Assembly (NCBI GenBank): GCA_965223345.1
Contig: CBDCWG010000012.1
Coordinates: 2,016,001-2,080,000, forward strand
DNA length: 64,000 bases
Origin: Nitrospinales bacterium
GTDB taxonomy: Bacteria > Nitrospinota > Nitrospinia > Nitrospinales > VA-1
Direction of reading: 5' to 3'
In this document: piece after piece, positions 9,102-18,825 of the stretch
How positions within the stretch are numbered: the stretch's first letter is position 1
How the letters are laid out: every line of letters starts with the position of its first letter
Position numbers and translations under genes: made by a program
The notes under the pieces: model-generated
What the model was told of the DNA's origin: nothing
The model's input: the letters and a program-made list of their open reading frames with translations, nothing else
Database searches by the model: none

Positions 9102-9818
9102 TTACGCGGCCAGAGTCGGTTCGGGGTGGAGTTCGTTCATCTTCAAGAACGTGAAATTCTGTTTCTTGAACTGCCTGAGCACCGCCCGCACGCATTCCAG
9201 GGCGGTGTCACCGGTCTTGAAGCGGCAGTCGTAGCGCAGGTTTTCCCCGGTCAGGTCCACGAACTCCCAGGGGTGCACGTACAACACCACCGGGGACGTC
9301 AGCGCGTTGAGATAAGGAGTGCGTATCCACCGCGGCAGCCGCAGCGCCGATGAGGTGACCGAAACCGGAACCCGCGTGAGGCCAGAGGGCCGGGATTTTT
9401 TGTAATACGAAAGCTTGTACTTGGCCTGCGAGGAATCGAGCAGAAAGCCCGACTCTTCCAGAAGATCGAGGTGCGCGTCGGGAAACTGCAAATAGGGCGC
9501 ACGGAACGAGGTCACCGGGCCGAATTCGCGCAGGATCTCAGCCGAGGTGCGGATGTCTTCGCGCGCGGCTTCGGTGTCCAGCGTCATGAAGTCTTTGTGC
9601 GCGTGCCCGTGGCTTCCCAGTTCGTGGCCCTGGGCGACGATCTTTTGCGCGTATTCCGGGAAATCCCGCGCCACCTGGCCGGTGGTGAAAAAGGTGGCCG
9701 CTACCTTTTCCTGTTGCAAAAGCCGCAGCAGCGGGTCCATGCCCTCTTCGATGCCGCGGAACGTGCCCATGTAGGGCAGGCAGTCCGGTTCCACATCGAT
9801 GGTGAAGCAGGCTTTCAT
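9102..9818 (-). CDS. Polysaccharide deacetylase (CE4/NodB-like)
   Basis: FTIDVE, ATFF, GHELGSHGHAH, FRAPY, YVHPWE motifs; GGGAGA RBS. Confidence 0.88.
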   Translation of the reverse strand: MKACFTIDVEPDCLPYMGTFRGIEEGMDPLLRLLQQEKVAATFFTTGQVARDFPEYAQKIVAQGHELGSHGHAHKDFMTLDTEAAREDIRTSAEILREFGPVTSFRAPYLQFPDAHLDLLEESGFLLDSSQAKYKLSYYKKSRPSGLTRVPVSVTSSALRLPRWIRTPYLNALTSPVVLYVHPWEFVDLTGENLRYDCRFKTGDTALECVRAVLRQFKKQNFTFLKMNELHPEPTLAA

Positions 9819-10060
9819 TAGTGTGTCTCCCTCGGGTTTCTCTGCCGGAAAAAAGGCGGGAAGCGGTTTGGACATCGCTCGGCGTTTCCAGGCCAGGCGG
9901 CCTGGGCCACGCGCCGGAGCACGCATCAATATAACATTGTTTCGGCTTCCCATCCACCGGCGAACGGGTAGTTCCGCCGGATTTTGCAGCGGGGATCTGT
10001 TAAGATTCAGTCCGTTTGCCAATCGTTGCCGGATCTCAATTCCGGCGGATTCGATCCTCC

Positions 10061-11698
10061 ATGCTCTCAATCAGACAGTTCAGCGTTGCTTTTCTTGCCA
10101 TTGCGGTGCTCGCGGCCTATTTCCTCGCGGTTTCCGGGAACAAGCTGGGAATCCGCGTGCTCGACGGGTATCTGACGTTTTACGCCCTCACGCTGTTTTG
10201 CGCCTGGGGCGTGCTCGGCCGTCCGTGGACCCGGGCGTCGGCAAGGAAAAACCGGGTGTGGATTCAGCGATTGGAGCGGGTTTCGGCGCGGTCTTTTCAA
10301 TGGGTGTGTGCGCTTTCGCTGCTGTTCTTTCTCGCGTGGACGCTGCTGTTTTTTTTGAAGCATTACTCCTTCAACACGGACATCATCGATTCGGGCGTGT
10401 ACAGCAACGTGGTGTTCAACTCCAGCGAGGGCCGCTATTTTTATTCCTCACATTACAAGTACCACTCCCTGGGCGAGCATTTCTCGCCCATCGTGCTGAT
10501 CTTCGTTCCCCTTTTCTGGATTGAGCCCAGCCTGCTCTGGATGATCGTCGTGCAGGCGGCGGCCATCGCGGTGGGGCCGGTGATCCTGTATTTCATCCTG
10601 AAAGCATGCATCGAGGATGCGAAGACGGCGCGGATGCTCGCCCTGTTTGCGGCGATTTTGTGGCTTTCCTTTCCGGCGCTGCTCAATGCGCTGGGAGGGT
10701 TTCATCCTTCGACGCTGGCGCCTCCGTTCATCCTGCTGGCGTTCTACCTGCTTGTGCGCGAGCGCTGGTTTTGGTTCTGGGGCTGCATGCTGTTTTTGCT
10801 GTTGTTCAAGGAGAACCTGTCGCTGGTGTGGATCGCGTTCGGCCTGTACGCGATTTGCATCCCCAGGCGCATCAAACTGGGACTGGCGCTGCTGGTGTTG
10901 GGCGCGCTGTGGGGCATCGCGGTCACCAAGGGGATCATCCCTTATTTCCGGGGCGGCGCCTGGGAGCATCCGGGGCGGCTGGGGCCCACCTCGCATCTTC
11001 TGCTCAAACTCAAATACCTGATCGTTTATGTGTTTCTGCCGATCGCGTTTTTGCCCCTGGCGGACTGGCGCACGCTTCCGATGATCGCGCCGCCGCTGGC
11101 TCTCAATCTGGCGGTGAAATACAAAAACCAGTTTCTGGGGATCTATCATTACGACGACATCCTGGTGCCGTTGCTGTTTGCGGCGGCGGTCTACGGGTTC
11201 CTCCGCCTGCGCAAAGCGAAATTCTGGCGGCGGTTGTGGCGATTCCAGGCGCGTTACGTCATGGGGTGGTTTCTCGTGCCGCTGGGCTTTGCGGTGGCCT
11301 ATCCTCTGGTGCATGCGGTGATGTTCTTTCCCGGCGAGACGCAGCGGGCGGTCGCGCGTGAGGTGGGCGTGGTCAAGGAGCGCTGGCCGGACCGGAAAAT
11401 CCACATGCAGTATCCCCTGGGAGCGCATCTGAACCTGCGCCCCGATTCGCAACCTCTGAAAGGCGATTTTGCGGACTGGAAATTCGAGCCCGGCGATCTG
11501 GTCGTGCTGGCCCCCGCGCTCAAGGGCCTGCGCACGGCACATTATTGGGAAATAAACGATTACCCCGGCGCTCTGAAGTATTTTTCCGACCGGGTGGGAA
11601 AACGCTTTAAAAAAATTGATTCCGGCTTTCGTTTTCTTGTACTTTACGAAGTCCTTGAAGCCCCCGGCCGGGACGCAACAGCACCCTCCGCGGACTGA
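10061..11698 (+). CDS. DUF2079 family integral membrane protein (GT-C-like glycosyltransferase)
   Basis: D.GVYSN..F...G, LGEHFSP, FHP and KE motifs; more than 10 TM segments. Confidence 0.75.
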   Translation: MLSIRQFSVAFLAIAVLAAYFLAVSGNKLGIRVLDGYLTFYALTLFCAWGVLGRPWTRASARKNRVWIQRLERVSARSFQWVCALSLLFFLAWTLLFFLKHYSFNTDIIDSGVYSNVVFNSSEGRYFYSSHYKYHSLGEHFSPIVLIFVPLFWIEPSLLWMIVVQAAAIAVGPVILYFILKACIEDAKTARMLALFAAILWLSFPALLNALGGFHPSTLAPPFILLAFYLLVRERWFWFWGCMLFLLLFKENLSLVWIAFGLYAICIPRRIKLGLALLVLGALWGIAVTKGIIPYFRGGAWEHPGRLGPTSHLLLKLKYLIVYVFLPIAFLPLADWRTLPMIAPPLALNLAVKYKNQFLGIYHYDDILVPLLFAAAVYGFLRLRKAKFWRRLWRFQARYVMGWFLVPLGFAVAYPLVHAVMFFPGETQRAVAREVGVVKERWPDRKIHMQYPLGAHLNLRPDSQPLKGDFADWKFEPGDLVVLAPALKGLRTAHYWEINDYPGALKYFSDRVGKRFKKIDSGFRFLVLYEVLEAPGRDATAPSAD

Positions 11699-11891
11699 AA
11701 CAACAGAATCCGCTGCCGCCGGAGGCCGCCCCGTTTCGGGGCGCATAAGAAATGACACTAAAATTCAAATATTTGCGGAAATTTTAGTGAAAATAGATCA
11801 TACTGTCAGTCGATCGATTGCCTGCGCCTGAGTGTTCATGCGATCCCAAAACCGGTTTCCCGCACAACGCGGGATGAGACGTCTTCCCTCC

Positions 11892-13913
11892 ATGATTTCT
11901 AGGCTTTACAACAAACTCAAACCGCATTTTTTCCATCCCATCGCCCTGACGGTGTTGATCGTTATCCTGGCGCGGTTTTTGAGCATCCTGCATCATTGTT
12001 TCGGCACCGACCCGGGGGGGCACAAGATCGTCGCCGCGTCGTTTCACACCGCACTGCTGGCGACTTCCCACCATCTGCCGGAACTGCTGCTGATCGGCGC
12101 GTTCTTTTTGATTTCATGGAAAATACTGGTTCCCCTGCGTCCGTTCGTCACTGCGAGCGCGCTTCTGGTTTTCGGGGCGATCCTGCTATTGGGGCAGATC
12201 GATTTCGGCCTGCTGCGCTTTCTGGGGCAGCGGTTCACGCCCTCGATGATGCAGACCTACGTCGGCCCGGAGATGGTTTCCACACAGTTGTACCGGCCGC
12301 TGCTCAACGATTTCGGCTATGTGGCGATGAACCTCGGCACCGCTTTCGCCGGCTGGCTGGCGATGGGCTGGGGCACTTACGTTTACTGGCGCAAGCAGAG
12401 GGAGCCCGGCATTTCCAAATCCCTGATCCTGGCGCTGGTCGTGTGCGCGGGGATTCTGTATCTGCCCGCCTACGCCATCGGGCATTCGCGCGGCGAGATC
12501 TTCAAGCCGGCCGAATGGCTGTTCGTGGAGACGCTGCTGAAAAAACAGGAGACCGCGCCTCCGCAAAACATGCAGGCGGCGCGGGACGACCTGCGCGCCC
12601 TGGTGGACATCGACGGCGTGCATGAATGGCTGGAGCCCGACTACCCGTTGATCAAACGAAAACCGGTGGTCATGCGAGCCTCGACCGGAGCGCACGGCGA
12701 ACGGCCGAACATCATTTTCATCGTCGTCGAATCGCTGCGCGGGCGGGACGTGGGCTACGGGCTGCATCGCAGGGAAAAAAGCAACACGCCGCGCCTGGAC
12801 AAGCTGGCGAAACAGTCGGTGGTGTTCCCGCGTTACATCGCCAACGGCAGTCCCAGCACGCGCGCGTTTTTCGCGATCAACACGTCGGTGCTGCCGCACC
12901 GGGAAAAATTCGTGATCTCCAGTTTCATGGACCTCAACGTCGATGCGCTTCCCAAGCGGCTGAAGGATTTCGGTTACGTCACGTTCGCGTTGTGGGGTTC
13001 CAATCCGAGTTTCGACAACCAGCTCGACTGGGGGCGGCGCTGGTACGACCACCTGGACTTCGAGCTGCCGGAAAACCAGCTTCTGATCACCAAACGCATC
13101 AGCGACCAGCTCATCATGGACCGGCTGCTCAACCTGATCGACGCGCACGACGCCAAGCAGACCGGCCAGCCGTTTTTTGCCTACGTCGCCACGACGGGAA
13201 CGCACTACCCTTACACCAAGGAGGACTCCTATTTCGTGCCGCTGTCGGCGATGGGCGACGCCAGCGACGTGAGCACCGGCGGCATCGAGGATGTGCAGGT
13301 GCGCTACGACATTACCTTGAAGAATCTCGATTATCATGTCGGGCGGGTGGTGGACTCCCTGGAGAAGAGCGGCAAGCTGGACAACACGCTGATCGTCGTG
13401 GTGGGGGACCATGCGGACAACACCAACGAAAATGTGAACCCGGGCCTGCGCGGGATGCCGGTGGATTACCGGGTCTGGACCTCGGCGCTGATTTACGGTC
13501 CCGAGCGATTGATCGGACCGCCGCGGGTCGAACCCTTCCCGGCCAGCCATGTGGACCTGATGCCCACCATCCTCAATATCGTCGGCGACACGCGGCCGAA
13601 CGCGTCGATGGGGATGGATCTGTTCGCCGACATTCCTCACTCCAAGCGGCGTGCGGTGGCGATCCGCGAAACCGGATTCCGGGTCGATCAGGGCGAGCAC
13701 TCTCTGTTTGTGCGCACGGGCGATCCGAAGTCGTTCTGGGTGTCCCGGTCTTTCGAAAAGCAGGCCACCTTTTCCACGTCTGTCGAGGGCACCCCTTTTT
13801 CTCCCGAAGACGCGGCGAAATGGAACGACCGGATTTATTATCTTTCCTATCTGATCGAGAACAACCGCATCTGGAACGAGCGCACCTTCCAGCAGCAGGC
13901 CCAGGGAGGCTGA
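11892..13913 (+). CDS. LTA synthase / phosphoglycerol transferase family (membrane-anchored sulfatase fold)
   Basis: About 5 N-terminal TM segments, then PNIIFIVVESLR, SPSTRA (putative Ser/Thr nucleophile), THYPY, VGDH, SHVDLMPTIL; start uncertain (11838-11892). Confidence 0.85.
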   Translation: MISRLYNKLKPHFFHPIALTVLIVILARFLSILHHCFGTDPGGHKIVAASFHTALLATSHHLPELLLIGAFFLISWKILVPLRPFVTASALLVFGAILLLGQIDFGLLRFLGQRFTPSMMQTYVGPEMVSTQLYRPLLNDFGYVAMNLGTAFAGWLAMGWGTYVYWRKQREPGISKSLILALVVCAGILYLPAYAIGHSRGEIFKPAEWLFVETLLKKQETAPPQNMQAARDDLRALVDIDGVHEWLEPDYPLIKRKPVVMRASTGAHGERPNIIFIVVESLRGRDVGYGLHRREKSNTPRLDKLAKQSVVFPRYIANGSPSTRAFFAINTSVLPHREKFVISSFMDLNVDALPKRLKDFGYVTFALWGSNPSFDNQLDWGRRWYDHLDFELPENQLLITKRISDQLIMDRLLNLIDAHDAKQTGQPFFAYVATTGTHYPYTKEDSYFVPLSAMGDASDVSTGGIEDVQVRYDITLKNLDYHVGRVVDSLEKSGKLDNTLIVVVGDHADNTNENVNPGLRGMPVDYRVWTSALIYGPERLIGPPRVEPFPASHVDLMPTILNIVGDTRPNASMGMDLFADIPHSKRRAVAIRETGFRVDQGEHSLFVRTGDPKSFWVSRSFEKQATFSTSVEGTPFSPEDAAKWNDRIYYLSYLIENNRIWNERTFQQQAQGG

Positions 13914-13923
13914 AGCCGCAGGC

Positions 13924-14655
13924 TCAATTGAAGGGCGGCTTGGTCTTTCGTTCCATGTCCTGAGCGGTGAAGTGCCTTCTCTCCTCAAGGCGGGGCCGTT
14001 TGCGGTTGGCGATGGAGATGGCGTGCGCGTCGTTGGTTTCCTCGCCGAGCTTTAACGCGATTTCCACTTCCTCAAGGGCCTTGTCCCAATCCTCCATCCG
14101 TTCGTAAACGCTGATCAGGTTGAGGTGCGCCTGGATGTGCCCGGGGTCGATGGCGATCACCTTGCGGTAATACTCGGCGGATTCTGTGAGTTTCTGCGCG
14201 TACCAGTATTCCAGCGCGATCTTGAAGTGCAGCGCCGCGTCGCCGGGCCGGTTTTGCGCGGCTTTGATGTACTCCTTTGCGGCGGCGACGTTGCGGTTCA
14301 TCTTGCCGTACACCGAGGCGAGACCGAGGCGGGCGTCGAGGTGATCCGCATCGAGCTTGAGCGTTTTTTCGTACGCGGCGACGGCTTCTTTGCGTTTGTC
14401 CCATTCTTCATACACCGCGCCGAGGCGGTGGTGCGCGGCCACGTGATCCGGGTGTTTCTGCAGTACCCGGTTCAGAATGTCCACCGCTTCGGCCAGCGCG
14501 CCGAGCTCCTGTTCTTCCTGTGCGCGCTGCACCCAGTAGGCCGGGTCTTCCGGTTCGCTCGTTTGGGCGTTCTCGGTATCCGGGCCGTCACCGCAACCCA
14601 GGAAAATCCAGGCGAAGCAGACGAGCGGAATCAGGCATCGGACGATCGGGGACAC
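13924..14655 (-). CDS. TPR-repeat lipoprotein
   Basis: Lipobox FLG-C; several 34-aa TPR-like repeats. Confidence 0.8.
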   Translation of the reverse strand: MSPIVRCLIPLVCFAWIFLGCGDGPDTENAQTSEPEDPAYWVQRAQEEQELGALAEAVDILNRVLQKHPDHVAAHHRLGAVYEEWDKRKEAVAAYEKTLKLDADHLDARLGLASVYGKMNRNVAAAKEYIKAAQNRPGDAALHFKIALEYWYAQKLTESAEYYRKVIAIDPGHIQAHLNLISVYERMEDWDKALEEVEIALKLGEETNDAHAISIANRKRPRLEERRHFTAQDMERKTKPPFN

Positions 14656-14817
14656 GGGGTTCTCCGGGGAAATGGGATGAAAAAGCGGCGTCTTGCAGCC
14701 ATTTTCGAAAGCTCTAAGGGTACCGCAAATTTTTCCGGTTTATAATAAAAAGAGCGGGAAGCGCCGGCGATCGCTATCGGTGGCCGGATACGTGCGCGTT
14801 TTTAACAGGATCAAGAC

Positions 14818-15258
14818 ATGGATCAAAAACAGGCCCTGGCGGCCATCGACCGGGTGTTCGGCGGACTGCCGCGGCCGGAGCCTCTGATCCGGAACCCAAA
14901 CCATTGCTGCGAGTGCGCCGAACACGAGGAGACGTTGAGCGTGGTGACGCCCGAGACGATCGGGCTGGAGCAGGTCGGCAGCCCGGCCTGGGACCCGGTG
15001 TGCTATCTGTCCGATGCGGGATACCGCTATTTCATGCCGGGGCTGGCGCGGCTGGCCCTGGGAACCGGCGAGGCGTATTATCTGGACCAGTTTCTGTTTC
15101 ACCTTGACTCCGGACGGGTGGATGTGCTGAGCGAATCGGAAAAAAAGGCCGTCGCGACGTTTCTCGATCACGTGCTGGAGACGATGTGCGAGGAAGTCGA
15201 TGAGAGCATGAACCTGATCGAGCTGGGCCGTGTGATGGACAAGCTCGCGGGAACGTGA
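14818..15258 (+). CDS. Hypothetical protein with HCCEC motif
   Basis: Compact 146-aa ORF with host-like codon usage; HCCECAEH and YFMPGL motifs. Confidence 0.65.
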   Translation: MDQKQALAAIDRVFGGLPRPEPLIRNPNHCCECAEHEETLSVVTPETIGLEQVGSPAWDPVCYLSDAGYRYFMPGLARLALGTGEAYYLDQFLFHLDSGRVDVLSESEKKAVATFLDHVLETMCEEVDESMNLIELGRVMDKLAGT

Positions 15259-15420
15259 GCGTTTCCTCGCTCAAAATGGCCGGTGGTTCCCTCCCTCCTT
15301 TTTTATTATAATACGGCGGTTTTGCACGATCGCAGTCTCGCCCGTTCGCTCATGCGGCGAACCCATTCCCACTGATTTCCGGTCTTTGCTGTGCCTTCCC
15401 CAGCCCAACCCGAACCGAAG

Positions 15421-16956
15421 ATGGATGCGCCGGCACACTCTGCTGAAACGCGGCTGCGTTTTTGCCTGCTGCTGGCGGCGGGGATCAGCGGGGTCAACCT
15501 GATCGGCCTCTGGCTCTGGTTTCATCCGCAGTCGATCTCTCTGGGGGCGACGGGCGGGGTGTGGACGGCGCTGGCGTACGATTTTTCCCAGGGGATTTTT
15601 TACCGCCCGCTGTTCGATGCCAGCGGGTACGGCGGCACCCGCTACCTGTTTTTGTTTTTCGTGCTGCACGGGTTTCTCATCCGCGTTTTCAACGACCCGG
15701 TGCTCACGGGCTTCGCTCTGGTTACCGGCTTTGCCATTACGTTGAACCTCGGGCTCTATTTTCTGCAGCGGGCTCTCGGCATCGAACGCAAAACCGCCGC
15801 GGCTTTTTCCCTGCTGGCGGCGGCGCCCATTTCCTATCAGCTGTTGACCCTGGAAGTGATGGGTGAGTTTCTTTCCAGCTCGCTTGCGGTCTGGGGGCTG
15901 GTTTTCGCCTGGAACGCCATGCAGAGGGGGGGGCGCGGGCTGTGGGTGTTGAGCTGTGTCTGTTTTTCCGGGGCGTTTTTGACCAAATTCAGTGCGGTGG
16001 CGGCTGTGACGGCGTTCGCCCTGTTTTTCATCAAGACCCGGCCGGCGGAAGTGCTGCGCCTTCTGGTGGGAACGGCGGCGTTGATCCTGCTTGGCCTGTG
16101 GACGGCGCAGGCGGCGAGCGAGGGAAGGATGGGCGAGTCGTTCCAGGTGTTTCAGGCGCTGCCGGTGCGCTGGGATTACGCCCTGAAGTTTCCGCTGTGG
16201 TTTGCGATGATCCTGCTGCGCGACCCGTTTTTGCTGGCGCTGTCCGGGTTCGCGCTTTACGGCGTGATCCGCGCCGGAAAGGCCGGGTTTGCCTGCGTTT
16301 ATTTTCTCGTCGTGCTGGCGGTCAGCTGCGTCATCCTGACATCCCCCGGAACCGACTACAACCACCTGCTGGATCTGATCGTTGCCAGCGTTCTGGTTTT
16401 GTCGCTGCGCTTTGCCGATGCGCCGCGCGCCCCGCGGCCCTGGCTGCTGCTCTTGGGGTTTGTGGCGGGCGGGCTGGCGTTCACCTGGATTCCCGGCACG
16501 ATTTCCGTCAAACAGGTGGTGGAAGGGCGGGGCAATCCGCCGCGCGCCGTGCTCATGCAGGCGATCGAGGAGCACGGGCTCAAGCGCGCGCCGGTGCTGA
16601 GCGAAAACCCCCTGATCCCGATTCTGATGGACCGGCGTCCGCGCGTGATGGACCCGTTTTCCGTGCGGCTGCTGGCCGAGGCGATGCCGGAGGTGCGCGC
16701 CGATTTCAGCGAAAAAATCCGCAATCGTTTTTACGGCGCCATCGTCCTGCAGGATTTTTCCGGAGCGCCCGACGATCAGATGGAACAGGCTTTGGAAAAC
16801 CACACCTCACCGGGCGCTGCGAGCTTTTACGGCGAGGTGCATTTCCCGCACGGTTTCCTGCCGCTATTAAAGGAAAACTACTACCTGGGGGCTGTTCTCA
16901 AGCCGCATTTGTTCTTCTTTCCGAGAGACAGACAGGAAAAATCCGGATCTCCGTGA
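15421..16956 (+). CDS. Integral membrane protein, putative GT-C (ArnT/PMT-like) glycosyltransferase
   Basis: About 11-12 TM segments, YRPL..GYGGTRY loop, FLTKFS motif, soluble C-terminal domain; start 15391 or 15421. Confidence 0.55.
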   Translation: MDAPAHSAETRLRFCLLLAAGISGVNLIGLWLWFHPQSISLGATGGVWTALAYDFSQGIFYRPLFDASGYGGTRYLFLFFVLHGFLIRVFNDPVLTGFALVTGFAITLNLGLYFLQRALGIERKTAAAFSLLAAAPISYQLLTLEVMGEFLSSSLAVWGLVFAWNAMQRGGRGLWVLSCVCFSGAFLTKFSAVAAVTAFALFFIKTRPAEVLRLLVGTAALILLGLWTAQAASEGRMGESFQVFQALPVRWDYALKFPLWFAMILLRDPFLLALSGFALYGVIRAGKAGFACVYFLVVLAVSCVILTSPGTDYNHLLDLIVASVLVLSLRFADAPRAPRPWLLLLGFVAGGLAFTWIPGTISVKQVVEGRGNPPRAVLMQAIEEHGLKRAPVLSENPLIPILMDRRPRVMDPFSVRLLAEAMPEVRADFSEKIRNRFYGAIVLQDFSGAPDDQMEQALENHTSPGAASFYGEVHFPHGFLPLLKENYYLGAVLKPHLFFFPRDRQEKSGSP

Positions 16957-16969
16957 TGCGGGCCGCGAT

Positions 16970-18247
16970 TCAGGAAACCTTTTCCACCTCGCGTTCGATT
17001 TCCCGGCCGGCGGGATCCCAGCGCAGGGCGGGGTCTTTTTTGCCGGCTTTCATCAGGGTGATCTTTTTGCGCAGACCCAGGTAGAAGTCGAGGGTGGCGT
17101 CGTAGGCGGTGTACCAGGCGTCGGCGATGCGGGCGAACCAGGTGAACGAGTTCTCTTTCACGGTTTTCCAGACCATGAAGTAGGTCAGCAGGAACAGCGC
17201 CACATTGGGCATCCACATGGCCAGGCTGGGGTTCACCAGGTTGTGCTTGCCCACGTTCTGCGAGAAGATCATGCCGATGTAGTACACTCCGAGCACCAGG
17301 GCGCTGACGATGATCCCGCCGGAGCGCCCGGAACGGCTGGATTTGATTCCCAGCGTCGCGCCGGCCAGCCCGAACAGCAGGCAGGAGAAGGGGATGGCAA
17401 ACTTTTTGCTCACCTGCACTTCCTCGCGGGCGGTGTTTTGCCCCTGCGCTCTTTTCTGCTGGATGATTTCCTTCAGTTCGCTGTAGGAGATGTCGCGGTT
17501 TCGTTCCACCAGCTTGCTCAGCAGGTTCTGGTTGTCGGGCAGCTTCAACAGCCTCTCGTAGCGGTCGAAATTGAGGATGTTGTAGTTGCGGCCTTCCTTG
17601 GTGAGATCGTGGATGGTTCCGTTTTGAAACTGCAGGGTGATCTGGTAGGTTTTCGGGTCGGACACGATGACCCCCTGCTGCGCCAGGATGATCTTGTTGG
17701 CGCCTTTCTCGGATTGATCGGCCACGAAAATATCCTTGAGCAGGGTTTCCCCCTCTTTGCTCTGCGCGTACAGGACCAGGTCCTTGAAGTCGTTGTTGAA
17801 GATCGTGGGCTGGATGTTGATGTAGGCGCGGTTTTTCACGATGTCGTAAAGCGTCTTTTTGAACTCCTGGTTGCCCCAGGGAATGGCGTAAAACACCACC
17901 AGATTGGTCAGCAGGTACGCGGTGAGGGAGAACGCCATGATCGGTTTGGCGAGGAAGATAAAGCTCCAGCCGCTGGTTTTCATGGCGACGAATTCGTTGT
18001 CGCCCGAGAACTGATTGAAGGTGGTGACGGTGGCGATCAGCAGGCTCAACGGAATGCTGAGGAGCAGGAAAATCGGCGAGGTGTAGATCATCAGCCTGAG
18101 TCCCTCCACGAACGTGACGCCGCGGTTTGCGATCATCTCGGTCATGTACAGGGTCTGTTCGAGCAGCAGGATCAGCGTGAGAAACGAAACGCTGATGGCG
18201 AAGATCTTGAGGATCTCGAAAAAAATATATTTATGAATGATTTTCAT
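16970..18247 (-). CDS. lptF: LptF/LptG family export permease (LptF-type)
   Basis: KIIHKYIFFEIL N-terminus, DNEFVAMKTSG, beta-jellyroll region with NGTIH, KKFAIPFSC, AMWMPN. Confidence 0.8.
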   Translation of the reverse strand: MKIIHKYIFFEILKIFAISVSFLTLILLLEQTLYMTEMIANRGVTFVEGLRLMIYTSPIFLLLSIPLSLLIATVTTFNQFSGDNEFVAMKTSGWSFIFLAKPIMAFSLTAYLLTNLVVFYAIPWGNQEFKKTLYDIVKNRAYINIQPTIFNNDFKDLVLYAQSKEGETLLKDIFVADQSEKGANKIILAQQGVIVSDPKTYQITLQFQNGTIHDLTKEGRNYNILNFDRYERLLKLPDNQNLLSKLVERNRDISYSELKEIIQQKRAQGQNTAREEVQVSKKFAIPFSCLLFGLAGATLGIKSSRSGRSGGIIVSALVLGVYYIGMIFSQNVGKHNLVNPSLAMWMPNVALFLLTYFMVWKTVKENSFTWFARIADAWYTAYDATLDFYLGLRKKITLMKAGKKDPALRWDPAGREIEREVEKVS

Positions 18248-18825
18248 GCAGTGCGATCAGCAATGCCGCGAGCCCGGGCGAAAAAGAAAGCGGCGGATTC
18301 ACGGCTTTGTGCGATGGATCTGATTCCTCAAGACGCCGGCGTCCGGGGTGCGTCGGCCACGATTCCGGACAGAGCGCCGGCCGGGTTGCGGGACATTCGC
18401 ATCGAGGGGGTCCCGTCGCCAGCCCGGCGGCGAACGGCTTGCAATTCAATGTTATTTTACTCCATTCGGCGGTAAAAAATGAACGGGATTCGTGTGCGGG
18501 CCGGAGAAATCGCGGATTTTTTGCCGTTGTCTTTGAATAAAGGTGAATCCGCTGCCCGCTGTTTTTCCGTTTCCGGCTGTGAACGGCAAGGACGGCCGCG
18601 CTTTGGTTTCACGGTGTGCTTTGCTGTGCTGAAATCTTCTTTCCGACAACGGATTTTTTGAGTATGCTTTGCGCAATGATGCCGGAGGAGAACGGATCGT
18701 TTTCTGAATTATTGAGGATGGGTTCCTGTCCCGCCTGAATTCAGGCAACTGACTTTCGCTTTTCCAAATCCGCTTGAGCGTGGTCGAACGCTCGTACTGA
18801 ACCGTCACCCATGAGAGGAGTCAAC

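Noticed and set aside
12186..13988. 600-aa minus-strand ORF
   Set aside because: Antisense shadow of the LTA-synthase-family gene, typical of high-GC codon bias; no motifs
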